Source: Candidatus Calditenuaceae archaeon
GTDB taxonomy: Archaea; Thermoproteota; Nitrososphaeria_A; Caldarchaeales; Calditenuaceae
DNA length: 64,000 nt
Direction: 5' to 3'
Assembly: GCA_025059595.1 (NCBI GenBank)
Contig: JANXDI010000015.1
Location: forward strand, 89,872 to 153,871
Every line of letters starts with the position of its first letter. Position 1 is the stretch's first letter. The notes beneath the pieces are model-generated. The model saw only the letters and a program-made list of their open reading frames with translations. It was not told the origin of the DNA and searched no databases. The translations under genes were made by a program, and so were the position numbers. Below, piece after piece: positions 37,186 through 45,813 of this stretch.

Positions 37186-38391
37186 TTATACTCGCGGCTT
37201 CCAGCCACTTATCGCAGCGTACTCCCCTAGTACCCCCTGATATACCTCAATTGTCCGTTCCGCTATTCTCCACCAAGTGAACTCGTTCTTTACTCTCTCG
37301 TAAGCGTTGGTTCGCAGATGCTCGGCGAGAGCTGGGTTCGTCAATACCTGGGTTATGCCCCAAGCTAGCGAGTCTGGATTGGGGTAGACGCTCACGCAGC
37401 TGTGTAAGTGGCTCACAATCTCCCCTATCCCTCCGATGCATGTGGAGACGAGTGGGAGGCGTGATGCCGCGGCCTCCAGCGCGACGATGCCGAAGGGCTC
37501 GTAGAGGGAGGGCATCACGAATACGTCAGACACTGCGTAGAGGCTCCGTACTGTTTTGACGTCGAGGAATCCAGTTACGTAGACCTTGTGGGCGACGCCC
37601 ATCTCCTCAACCCTACGCCTTATCCACTCCTTAAGGTATCCCTCACCGACGATGACGAATTTAACGTCTACACTCTGGAGGACTCGGGGTATCGCCTCAA
37701 CTAGGAGATGGACACCCTTCTCGTAAACCAATCTTCCCACATAGAGGACTATCCTTTCATGTGGTGCTGCGAACCTCGACCGCAGCTCAGAGTTGCTTCC
37801 GCTCGATGAAAAATTCTCGAGACACACCCCGTTCGGTATCACGTCTATCTTGCCCATCGGCGTCCCCAAGGCCCTGTTAACCTCCTCGGCCAAGAATCTG
37901 CTAACGCAAATCACCCTCCAAGCCTCTCTCGCAAGCCAAGCCTCAGTCGAGGCAATCATCCGTTGGTAATCATCGTGTATCCCACCTCTTCTGCCGTACT
38001 CTGTCGAGTGGATGGTAGCTATGAGAGGCATTCTGAAAATGTGTTTGAGGGTTATGGAGGCTTGTGCGACTAGCCAGTCGTGGGCGTGAATGATGAAGGG
38101 TTTTTGGAGCTCGTTTTTCAGGATGCCGCAGGCGTAGTCTAGCATGTTAACATTCATCATAGCTATCCATGAGGCGAAATCTGGGGCCGGATACTTGTAG
38201 GAGTCGACTCGATGGACTTGGACACCGTTCATCTCTTCCCTTTTAGGCGCTCCCGGAAAATCCGGGGTCAATACATGAACCTCGACACCTTTTTTCGCAA
38301 GCTCTACGGAGAGGTCGTGGACATGGGCGGCCAATCCTCCTATGATTCTGGGGGGAAACTCCCAGCTAAGCATCACGACGCTGAAAGCCAT
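37186..38391 (-). CDS. GT4-family glycosyltransferase (GT-B fold)
   Basis: N-terminal WEFPPRIIGGL motif. C-terminal GT4 core with E-x7-E-like region (LYEPFGIVALEAAA). Confidence 0.8.
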   Translation of the reverse strand: MAFSVVMLSWEFPPRIIGGLAAHVHDLSVELAKKGVEVHVLTPDFPGAPKREEMNGVQVHRVDSYKYPAPDFASWIAMMNVNMLDYACGILKNELQKPFIIHAHDWLVAQASITLKHIFRMPLIATIHSTEYGRRGGIHDDYQRMIASTEAWLAREAWRVICVSRFLAEEVNRALGTPMGKIDVIPNGVCLENFSSSGSNSELRSRFAAPHERIVLYVGRLVYEKGVHLLVEAIPRVLQSVDVKFVIVGEGYLKEWIRRRVEEMGVAHKVYVTGFLDVKTVRSLYAVSDVFVMPSLYEPFGIVALEAAASRLPLVSTCIGGIGEIVSHLHSCVSVYPNPDSLAWGITQVLTNPALAEHLRTNAYERVKNEFTWWRIAERTIEVYQGVLGEYAAISGWKPRV

Positions 38392-39003
38392 TTAGCGCGC
38401 CACCAGACTTTGATAAAGTCTCAGAACCTCTTCCTCCCAGCCCGCCGAAGATGGGTCTAAGACCCTGACCCCCTCACGCTCTAGAGGGAGATTCCTTCTC
38501 AACTCAGAAAGCATCCACTCATTATTTACTAAGATGACATCACATTCGCGGGACATTTGCCATTCTATCGTCCTGATGCATGAACTTAAGGGGGAGTTTG
38601 GATTTAGGGACCTCTGCTGCTCTAAGCTGTATATAGAGGCTATCCAAGGGATGTTGAGTGCTTTTTTCAGGGCTGAGGCTGCTGGTGTGAAGTGCCAGTC
38701 ATAGGAGTGGATTATCAGACTTTCAGGCTCAGAATGGAAGATGTCAGCGACGACGCGGGCAACCTCAGCGTTTATGCCCATTATCCACGTGATGATTGTG
38801 GACTGAGGCGAGACGGGGTTGGCCACCCATGTTATCCTCAGGCCGGGTGCTCTCTCCTCAACATAGTATCCCCAGTCGCCGATTGTCACCACCTCCATTC
38901 TCAGACCTTTACCTCTCAGCCTCTCTACCTGGGCCTGAACCTGCCACGCCAGGTCGCCGATAATGCGGGGCGGATACTCCCAAGCTAGAATGATAGCTCT
39001 CAT
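38392..39003 (-). CDS. Stand-alone GT4 N-terminal (acceptor) domain paralogue, 203 aa
   Basis: WEYPPRIIGDL N-terminal motif shared with the flanking GT4 genes, but the protein ends after the N-domain. Stop TAA is followed immediately by the ATG of the downstream GT4 in the same frame. Confidence 0.6.
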   Translation of the reverse strand: MRAIILAWEYPPRIIGDLAWQVQAQVERLRGKGLRMEVVTIGDWGYYVEERAPGLRITWVANPVSPQSTIITWIMGINAEVARVVADIFHSEPESLIIHSYDWHFTPAASALKKALNIPWIASIYSLEQQRSLNPNSPLSSCIRTIEWQMSRECDVILVNNEWMLSELRRNLPLEREGVRVLDPSSAGWEEEVLRLYQSLVAR

Positions 39004-39012
39004 ACCTCCCGC

Positions 39013-39264
39013 CTATGTATATATGGAGCAGACCCTAATCACACCCTTACCCGTGAGATAAAAGCAGACCCCCCCACCAGCTCTTCTGGCACTTGCAACA
39101 TATCCATCCGACTCTAGCATCTTCAAAATCTCCTCAACCCTACACCTTTCCAGAGAGAGAGCGGCAGATATCTCATTAGGCTCGACGGCTCTGCTCTCAT
39201 CGACATACCCCATGTTATGCAAAAAAGTCAGGAGGAGGGTCGACTCGTCTCCCTGCATGGGCAT
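39013..39264 (-). CDS. Small winged-helix transcription regulator (83 aa)
   Basis: wHTH-like pattern ...LSLERCRVEEILKMLESDGYVASARRAGGGVCFYLTGKG. Divergent from a GT4 gene. Confidence 0.45.
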   Translation of the reverse strand: MPMQGDESTLLLTFLHNMGYVDESRAVEPNEISAALSLERCRVEEILKMLESDGYVASARRAGGGVCFYLTGKGVIRVCSIYT

Positions 39265-39386
39265 TCCAATTACAAAGCGTGCGCCTTAGTGATACTTAAG
39301 TATTGTAGTCGTAATGCCGACGTGAGTATCACGTTGTGATAAGATATCTACTTTAAACGCCAAAATGATATAAGTAGTGCGGATAG
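39265..39386. promoter_or_regulatory. Divergent promoter region with palindromic operator-like sites
   Basis: Perfect 12-bp palindrome ATACTTAAGTAT. Inverted repeat TATCAC-gtt-GTGATA. GTGATA(C) half-sites occur three times. TATA-like TGATATAAG sits about 15 bp upstream of the GT4 ATG. Confidence 0.45.
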
Positions 39387-40634
39387 ATGAGGATAGCTTT
39401 CATCACATGGGAATACCCGCCGCTGATTGTCGGTGGTCTGGGCACTTATTCCCACTACATTACTGTTTGGATGGCGAGGCTTGGCCACGAAGTTGAGGTA
39501 TATGCTCCGTCACCTCCGGGGCTTAAGATTGAGGTTGAGAGGTTTGAGAACCTCGATGTGAATTGGGTCGAGGTGCCTGACCTCTCGCCGAGTTTGAGAT
39601 ATGTAGTGAACGAGGAGGTACGGGCATGGGGGGAAGGTGTTAGATACTTCAGCAACATCGTGACCTTCAACACGGCGACGGCTTCGCTGCTGGTCTCTAG
39701 GCTTCTGAGACGCGAGTTCGATGTTGTGGCTTTCAACGATTGGCTCTGCTCAATTGCGGGGGTGTCGCTGGCTAGGCTGGGTGGGGCTTCAGCTGTTTAT
39801 CATGTGCACTCGACTGAGTGGGGGAGAGCACTTGGAAGGGGTTCGAGGACGGTCTCGGAGATTGAGAGGCTTGGGGCGGAATATGCGTCGAAAATAATCA
39901 CGGTTAGTAATGCTATGAAGGAGGACCTACAAGCCCACACTTGGCCGGCCCACAAGATTGCCGTTGTTTGGAACGGCGTAGACCCGGACATATATGACCC
40001 CTCGACTGTAAATCAGCATGATAGGGAGAGCCTTAGGTCTCGATACGGAATAAGGCCCGAGGAGCAGATGATTCTATTCGTGGGACGTTTAGTCGCTGTT
40101 AAGGGCGCTAGAGAGCTGGTGGAGGCTATGCCTCACGTTTTGAGAGAGTTTCCTAAGGCGAAATTAGTCATTCTAGGTAAGGGAGACTTGGAGGCTGAGC
40201 TTCAGGGGCTTATCAGGGATTTAGGTCTGGGTGGTAAGGTTATTCTGAGGGCCGAGTTTGTCTCTGAGCGGGAGAGGATTCTCCACTACGCCGCATCCGA
40301 TGTCTGCGTCTTCCCTTCAATTTACGAGCCATTCGGAATAGTTAGCTTGGAGGCCATGGCTATGGAGAGGCCGGTGGTCGTGGGGGCGAGGGGGGTGGTG
40401 GGGTTTAGAGAGCAGGTGATTCCGTCTGGCGAGGAGCAGTGTGGAATGCATATTGACGGGTCAAACCCTCTGGATATAGCTTGGGGTTTGAAGGAGGTTT
40501 TGAGAGACCCTGAGAGGGCGCGAAGGATGGGGCGGAACGGGAGGAAGAGGGTTCTCGCAGAGTTTACGTGGAAGAGGGCCGCCGAGAAGACTTTAGAAAT
40601 CTACAGCAGCCTCCTCCAAGTTCAGAGGGCCTAG
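39387..40634 (+). CDS. GT4-family glycosyltransferase
   Basis: N-terminal WEYPPLIVGGLG. C-terminal IYEPFGIVSLEAMA. 415 aa. Confidence 0.8.
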   Translation: MRIAFITWEYPPLIVGGLGTYSHYITVWMARLGHEVEVYAPSPPGLKIEVERFENLDVNWVEVPDLSPSLRYVVNEEVRAWGEGVRYFSNIVTFNTATASLLVSRLLRREFDVVAFNDWLCSIAGVSLARLGGASAVYHVHSTEWGRALGRGSRTVSEIERLGAEYASKIITVSNAMKEDLQAHTWPAHKIAVVWNGVDPDIYDPSTVNQHDRESLRSRYGIRPEEQMILFVGRLVAVKGARELVEAMPHVLREFPKAKLVILGKGDLEAELQGLIRDLGLGGKVILRAEFVSERERILHYAASDVCVFPSIYEPFGIVSLEAMAMERPVVVGARGVVGFREQVIPSGEEQCGMHIDGSNPLDIAWGLKEVLRDPERARRMGRNGRKRVLAEFTWKRAAEKTLEIYSSLLQVQRA

Positions 40635-41557
40635 CCCTCCGTCAATACCTCGCACCCGTCCTCATGAACCAGAACCGTGTGCTCTGCCTGGGAGACGGGT
40701 GCACCGCTTTTCTCGACGAGCACAGGGTATCCGTAGACCAGCCCCCGCTTGTAGAGTCGCGGATGAATTGCCGCCGCTGGTCCGCTAAGCCAGCGTGTTG
40801 TGTATGGTAGCCCTCGCGAGACGGAGACAATCTCTCGGAGGGCTTCTAGCTCCTCTTGGCTCAGCCCCTTAGGCTTTGGGGATGTGTCTCTGACCGAGAA
40901 AATGTTGACGGTCTTGGTGTTTATCACTATGCCTGGCGCCTCGCGGAGTGTTATGAACGGCTCCACAGCGTATACGTGACCCGCTTTTAGCCTATGGGGC
41001 TCATTTGAGGGTATGTTCGGGATAGAGAGGCCGGCATGGAGATTGAACCTTCTAATCTCGTGTCCTGAAAGGTTTGCGATTGGTCTACAGCCCATTCTCG
41101 TGGCCGTCTCATATATCACGCGCCCAATCTCGCCCACCTTCACCCCGGCCTTCATTAGCTTCAAAGCGTTCTTCAAGGCCTCTCGCGCCACGTCGACCAG
41201 ATGGCCATAGGGGCTCCTCAAGTCGAGAGTAGCGGCCGTATCGGCGATGAAGCCGTCAAGCTCCACCCCAACGTCTACCTTAACCAAGACGCCAGCTTGG
41301 ATGACCATGTCGTCGCCGTGTGTCGGTGTGTAGTGTGCGGCGATTGAATCGATTCCGATGTTACAGGGGAAGGCGGGCCTCGCTCCCAACTCTCTTATCC
41401 GTGCCTCAATCCACTCGCAGACCTCCTCAGACCTGATGCCTGGTCTCACCCTCGAAAAAGCCTCTCTCAAGACCGAGCCAGCTACGGAGCCGGCCTGTCT
41501 GAGCCTGTCAAGCTGCTCTGCGTTAGGCTGAAAAACTACACGCTCCGAGCCACCCAC
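40631..41557 (-). CDS. map: Methionine aminopeptidase, type 2 (archaeal)
   Basis: Pita-bread fold with metal ligands in VDVGVELDGFIADTAAT and HEI..., 308 aa. Confidence 0.85.
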   Translation of the reverse strand: MGGSERVVFQPNAEQLDRLRQAGSVAGSVLREAFSRVRPGIRSEEVCEWIEARIRELGARPAFPCNIGIDSIAAHYTPTHGDDMVIQAGVLVKVDVGVELDGFIADTAATLDLRSPYGHLVDVAREALKNALKLMKAGVKVGEIGRVIYETATRMGCRPIANLSGHEIRRFNLHAGLSIPNIPSNEPHRLKAGHVYAVEPFITLREAPGIVINTKTVNIFSVRDTSPKPKGLSQEELEALREIVSVSRGLPYTTRWLSGPAAAIHPRLYKRGLVYGYPVLVEKSGAPVSQAEHTVLVHEDGCEVLTEG

Positions 41558-41563
41558 CCTCTT

Positions 41564-43231
41564 TCACCTCCTCCAGACTTGAGCCGGGAGCCTCTCCATC
41601 CGCCTCGGCCCCACATCCGCTATCAGCGAACCCACCCAATAAACAGTAGCCAGAAATACTATGACTATCGCAAGAGAGTTGCTTCCAGCCATCAGCATCG
41701 CGGGTATGCCGTGGTCGCCTGATTCAAGCTCGACCGAATATGGCCGCCCCGTGACGGGGTTTATCATCGACTCAACAGGAGAATAGTTATCGGTTAATAT
41801 TCTATATTCGGTGAGGTCCGGAATTCTGGTCCACAACCCGCGAGACACTAAGTCCGCTAGCTCACGGTTCTGCCACTCGGATAGGGCGGCTGCTAGGTCG
41901 CATCCGGCCTGTGCGCAGGCTATGATTATTATGTTTTGAACAAGTGGGGCTGGAGTTTCGGAGGCTTTGATGACGAATATCCGTGGGAAGACTTGGCTCA
42001 TGGTTTTGTAAGCTGACCAGAGAATCTCGGATGTGTCTCCCGAGACTGAGGCGATGATGTTGCTGACAACCACTCCGTCGTCGCTGAGCCTATTCTTCAC
42101 CAGCCTGAAGAACTCGAGGGTCATGAGATGATAGGGTATGTATGTCTTTGCGTAGGCGTCTATGATAATTCCATCAAATTTTCTCTCCACCTTCTGTAGA
42201 AATACTCTGCCGTCGTCGTTGTGAATAATGAGCTGTGGCTCATCGGGAACATCGAAATACTTCCTAGCCACCTCGATGACAACCGGGTCAATCTCAACCA
42301 CCTCAACAACCAGACTCGGAAATTCTTGGAGGAAATATTTTGGGCCAGAGAATCCGCCTCCACCGATGAAGAGGACTCTCTCCGCGTTTCTCTTAAGAGC
42401 CACGGCTAGTTCGAAGAATTTGGTGTAAGTGAAGACGAGTCTATCCGGTTCTTTAATGCTCATACCGCTGTGTGGTAGGCCGTTGAGGTAGAGTATCTGG
42501 ATGTCTCCGCTCACCGCAACAACTAAACTATTGTAAGGCGTCTCCCTTGCCTCGAGCACTCTGCCCGTGGCAGCTAGAGCGGGACCACCTAACAGACCAA
42601 TAGGTGAGAGGAGAAGAATCAGCATCGCCGCAAAAGTCGCCTTAGAGGGGAGGCCGAGCCTTAGAGACGAGATCGCCATCAGAGTGAAGCCAACTCCGAG
42701 AAAGATGGAGCGGATATCGGTGGCTGGAATCAGGATGAACACCGTTCCAAAGGTTCCGAAGATGCTTCCCAAGGTCGAGACAGCGTACAAGTATCCCGCG
42801 CTCGTCCCAAGCTCCCTCAACTCCCGAGTCATTAGCTTGACTGCGAAAGGTGAGACCATCCCGAGCAGCAGATTGGATGGAGCCAGCAGGGCTAGGCTTG
42901 AAATGAGAGCGCCCCAGCGCTCCTCTAAGCCGAGTGAGAGGACTGCCTCGATGCTTATGGTTGAGAGGTAGGGTACCGAGATAGCGAGAATTCCTCCTGT
43001 AAAAACTATCGTATCAAGGAGGCGAGCGTCAGGTATACGGTCTGAGACTCTCCCCCCGAGATAGTATCCAGCGGCGAGTGATGAGAGGACGATGCCGATT
43101 ATGCTACCCCAGACGAAGACGGAGCTTCCGAAGACAGGTGTGAGAAGCCTGCTTCCGGCGAGCTCTATCGCCATTACGGCGAAGCCTGAAAGAAAGACTA
43201 GACTTAAAAGCCTCAACCTCTCTAAACGCAA
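41564..43231 (-). CDS. Polytopic membrane protein fused to a spermidine/spermine synthase-like (aminopropyltransferase) domain
   Basis: About eight N-terminal hydrophobic helices. C-terminal domain has FIGGGGFSGPKYF and IIIDAY motifs of the class I SAM/dcSAM-binding aminopropyltransferase fold. Confidence 0.7.
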   Translation of the reverse strand: MRLERLRLLSLVFLSGFAVMAIELAGSRLLTPVFGSSVFVWGSIIGIVLSSLAAGYYLGGRVSDRIPDARLLDTIVFTGGILAISVPYLSTISIEAVLSLGLEERWGALISSLALLAPSNLLLGMVSPFAVKLMTRELRELGTSAGYLYAVSTLGSIFGTFGTVFILIPATDIRSIFLGVGFTLMAISSLRLGLPSKATFAAMLILLLSPIGLLGGPALAATGRVLEARETPYNSLVVAVSGDIQILYLNGLPHSGMSIKEPDRLVFTYTKFFELAVALKRNAERVLFIGGGGFSGPKYFLQEFPSLVVEVVEIDPVVIEVARKYFDVPDEPQLIIHNDDGRVFLQKVERKFDGIIIDAYAKTYIPYHLMTLEFFRLVKNRLSDDGVVVSNIIASVSGDTSEILWSAYKTMSQVFPRIFVIKASETPAPLVQNIIIIACAQAGCDLAAALSEWQNRELADLVSRGLWTRIPDLTEYRILTDNYSPVESMINPVTGRPYSVELESGDHGIPAMLMAGSNSLAIVIVFLATVYWVGSLIADVGPRRMERLPAQVWRR

Positions 43232-43330
43232 TCCGACCCCACTACAGGCCTCCTTGGTGAAAAATCTATCTTAAAGACCCTCTTTAGGCGCGATTAGTTT
43301 AAATATCGTAGCGAAGATGAGACAGCAGGA

Positions 43331-44296
43331 TTGATATCACTAACTCTAAGCCAGAGGGAGGCTCCCGGAGTCCGGATAGAAAGTGTTGAGGGACTTCGTG
43401 TCAAGCGTGGCTCAACGCTTGTGAAGAGAGGCTTCGCACACATGCTGAAGCACGGAGTTGTCATGGATGTGACGAACGTGGAGCAGGCTCAGATTGCCGA
43501 GGACGCGGGTGCCGTGGGCGTCATGGTTCTTGACAAGCTGCCTTACGACGTGAGAAAGGCGGGGGGTGTCGCGAGAACCGCCAGCCTGAAGGTGATCGAA
43601 GAAGTATTGGAGCACGTTACTATACCTGTGATGGCTAAGTGCAGAATCGGGCATACGTGGGAGGCGAGAGTTCTCGAGGAGGCTGGTGTGGACATGATTG
43701 ATGAGTCGGAAGTCCTGACTCCGGCTGATGAGGAGAGGCATATCTGGAAATGGGACTTCACAACGCCGTTCGTCTGCGGCGCTAGGGACCTTGGAGAAGC
43801 CCTCCGCAGGATAGAGGAGGGGGCATCTATGATTAGGACGAAGGGAGAGCCGGGTACCGGAAACGTCGCTGAGGCTGTTAAGCACATGAGGATTCTGAAT
43901 AACGAGCTCAGGAAAATCGTAGTATTATATGAGGAGGGTGATGAGCAGGAGCTAATCAGGGCTACCCGCGAGCTCAGAGTCTCCTATGAGCTTGTCTTAG
44001 AGACGGCCAGAATAAAGAGGCTCCCCGTCGTAAACTTCGCGGCCGGTGGCATAGCAACTCCGGCAGACGCGGCACTCATGATGAGCCTTGGTTGTGACGG
44101 CGTCTTCGTCGGCTCGGGCATATTCAAGTCCACCGACCCACGAGCTAGGGCTGAGGCGATAGTCATCGCAACCACTTATTGGGATAAGCCCGACATCGTG
44201 GCTGAGGCCCAGAAGATGGTCGACGAGACTAAGGCGATGGCTGGGTTTGACCTTAAGACTTTGGAGCTGAGAATGCAGGAGCGGGGGACCGGCTAA
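43331..44296 (+). CDS. pdxS: Pyridoxal 5'-phosphate synthase subunit PdxS
   Basis: [55 protein letters not shown]. The true start is probably a non-ATG codon around 43390. Confidence 0.9.
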   Translation: MISLTLSQREAPGVRIESVEGLRVKRGSTLVKRGFAHMLKHGVVMDVTNVEQAQIAEDAGAVGVMVLDKLPYDVRKAGGVARTASLKVIEEVLEHVTIPVMAKCRIGHTWEARVLEEAGVDMIDESEVLTPADEERHIWKWDFTTPFVCGARDLGEALRRIEEGASMIRTKGEPGTGNVAEAVKHMRILNNELRKIVVLYEEGDEQELIRATRELRVSYELVLETARIKRLPVVNFAAGGIATPADAALMMSLGCDGVFVGSGIFKSTDPRARAEAIVIATTYWDKPDIVAEAQKMVDETKAMAGFDLKTLELRMQERGTG

Positions 44297-44357
44297 GAGC
44301 TCCAGAAAACTGAGGCGCAGGGGATTACTTATAAGCTGGCAGCTTTTTTGTAGAGTC

Positions 44358-45101
44358 ATGCAGGTATGGAGAGTACTAGTCATCGCCTTAGTAATCGCGG
44401 CGGTAGCCGCTTCTAGCCTCTTAGCAGGCATAAACTACGGCTCTCAAACCGCCAGCTCGGAGTGGGAGAGGCTCTTGAGCAGTGAGAGGGAGAGGATAAA
44501 GCAGCTTGAGGGCGAGCTCGCCTCTAAGCAATCGGAGCTGGACTCGGCTCTAAATAATGTGGGCAGGCTTGAAGCTCTTTTGAGTGAGACTAAGCGGCTT
44601 CTCTCCGAGAGCGAGGAGAGGGTGGCCGGTCTTCAAGCCAGTCTCTCGGACGAGCTTGAGAGCCTGAGGAGAAGTAGCGCGGAGCTATCTAGGCGAATGA
44701 GCGAGATTGAATCACGTATGCAACGCGTGGAGACTCAGGTCAACGTCGTCTCGCGGTCAATCCCGATACTAAACCAGTTAAGGGGTGTGAACAGGCTTGG
44801 CCCGGATAGGAACGCCACACTCAACTACTGGCTCGACGTCAAAGGCCTCGTCGCATCCTTCGACCCCGCGCTCACACCATCAGTGGACAGGGTGATAAAC
44901 AATTTGGAGGGGCTGTTCGACTATTTTGAGTGGGTGGAGAGTTATCCCGGTGAAGGCGCCTCTGCTGATTCGATAGTCCGCTGGATTCAGGCCCTGCCTC
45001 CGAGCTATCAGCAGTATACGGACGCGGTGAACCAGTTTGTTGACGAGTTTCTCACGAGCGTAGCGTCTAAGCTATCGGCTCTCCGCGACAGTCTGAGCTG
45101 A
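44358..45101 (+). CDS. Signal-anchored coiled-coil protein, hypothetical
   Basis: N-terminal TM VLVIALVIAAVAASSLLAG followed by heptad-rich segments (ELASKQSELDSALNNVGRLEALLSETKRLLSESEERVAGLQASLSDELESL). Confidence 0.4.
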   Translation: MQVWRVLVIALVIAAVAASSLLAGINYGSQTASSEWERLLSSERERIKQLEGELASKQSELDSALNNVGRLEALLSETKRLLSESEERVAGLQASLSDELESLRRSSAELSRRMSEIESRMQRVETQVNVVSRSIPILNQLRGVNRLGPDRNATLNYWLDVKGLVASFDPALTPSVDRVINNLEGLFDYFEWVESYPGEGASADSIVRWIQALPPSYQQYTDAVNQFVDEFLTSVASKLSALRDSLS

Positions 45102-45467
45102 CCGCCTCCTAGTCACAGCCACAGCTACGCCTCCGATGAGCCCCACAGCTAACATGAGATAGGCGTTGTATCTGTGAACCTCCTCCACGAGAAGGAATAG
45201 CCCAACATCGACGAATATAATCCCGTAGAGTATCAGGCCGAGAGCCGCTTGAACCGCGACCATAGCGAGAAGCGCTGCAAGGTATGCGAGCGACAGACGG
45301 CTTCGGCTGCTAAGTCTGAGGGCGACGGCCGTCAAAACGAGACCGGCCAGCCCGATGGTTGCGTGAATGTCCCTCAACGCCCGCGTTGTCAAGCCAAGCT
45401 CTCCCAGAATTATCTGAACAAGCAGACCCAGCCCAAGTAAAGCGGAGAAGACGGCAGAGAGTTTCAT
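45072..45467 (-). CDS. Small 4-TM membrane protein, hypothetical
   Basis: 131 aa, four hydrophobic helices. Start overlaps the stop of the MoaD-like gene by 4 nt. Confidence 0.4.
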   Translation of the reverse strand: MKLSAVFSALLGLGLLVQIILGELGLTTRALRDIHATIGLAGLVLTAVALRLSSRSRLSLAYLAALLAMVAVQAALGLILYGIIFVDVGLFLLVEEVHRYNAYLMLAVGLIGGVAVAVTRRRSAQTVAESR

Positions 45468-45751
45468 GGGGACCCGCCGCTGACCGCTGGTAGAATCAGT
45501 ACCTCGTCTCCCTCCGTAAGCTTCCGGTCCAACTCTTGGTGGCTGAGCGCCTCGTCGTTTACGTAGATGTTGATGTATCTTCTGGGCCGGCCTTCATCGT
45601 CGAGCAGCCTTTTCCGTATTTCCGGGCCGTATCTCTTGGAGAGCTCCTCTATCACGGCCTTAACCGAATCGGCTTCAAGTGTGAACTCCCTCTGTCCGCC
45701 AAGATAGTTCGCAAGAACGGCTGTAACGGTAACCTTGACTTTAGGCGACAT
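45464..45751 (-). CDS. MoaD/ThiS-family ubiquitin-like sulfur-carrier protein with C-terminal -GG-SP
   Basis: 95 aa beta-grasp pattern. C-terminus ...EGDEVLILPAVSGGSP* places two residues after the Gly-Gly. Immediately downstream of the ThrC-like gene. Confidence 0.65.
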   Translation of the reverse strand: MSPKVKVTVTAVLANYLGGQREFTLEADSVKAVIEELSKRYGPEIRKRLLDDEGRPRRYINIYVNDEALSHQELDRKLTEGDEVLILPAVSGGSP

Positions 45752-45813
45752 TTGTCTTAATTCTATCTCGGGGGAAGATATAAACCGTGAAGACCTTTCC
45801 GTTGCGCGAAACT

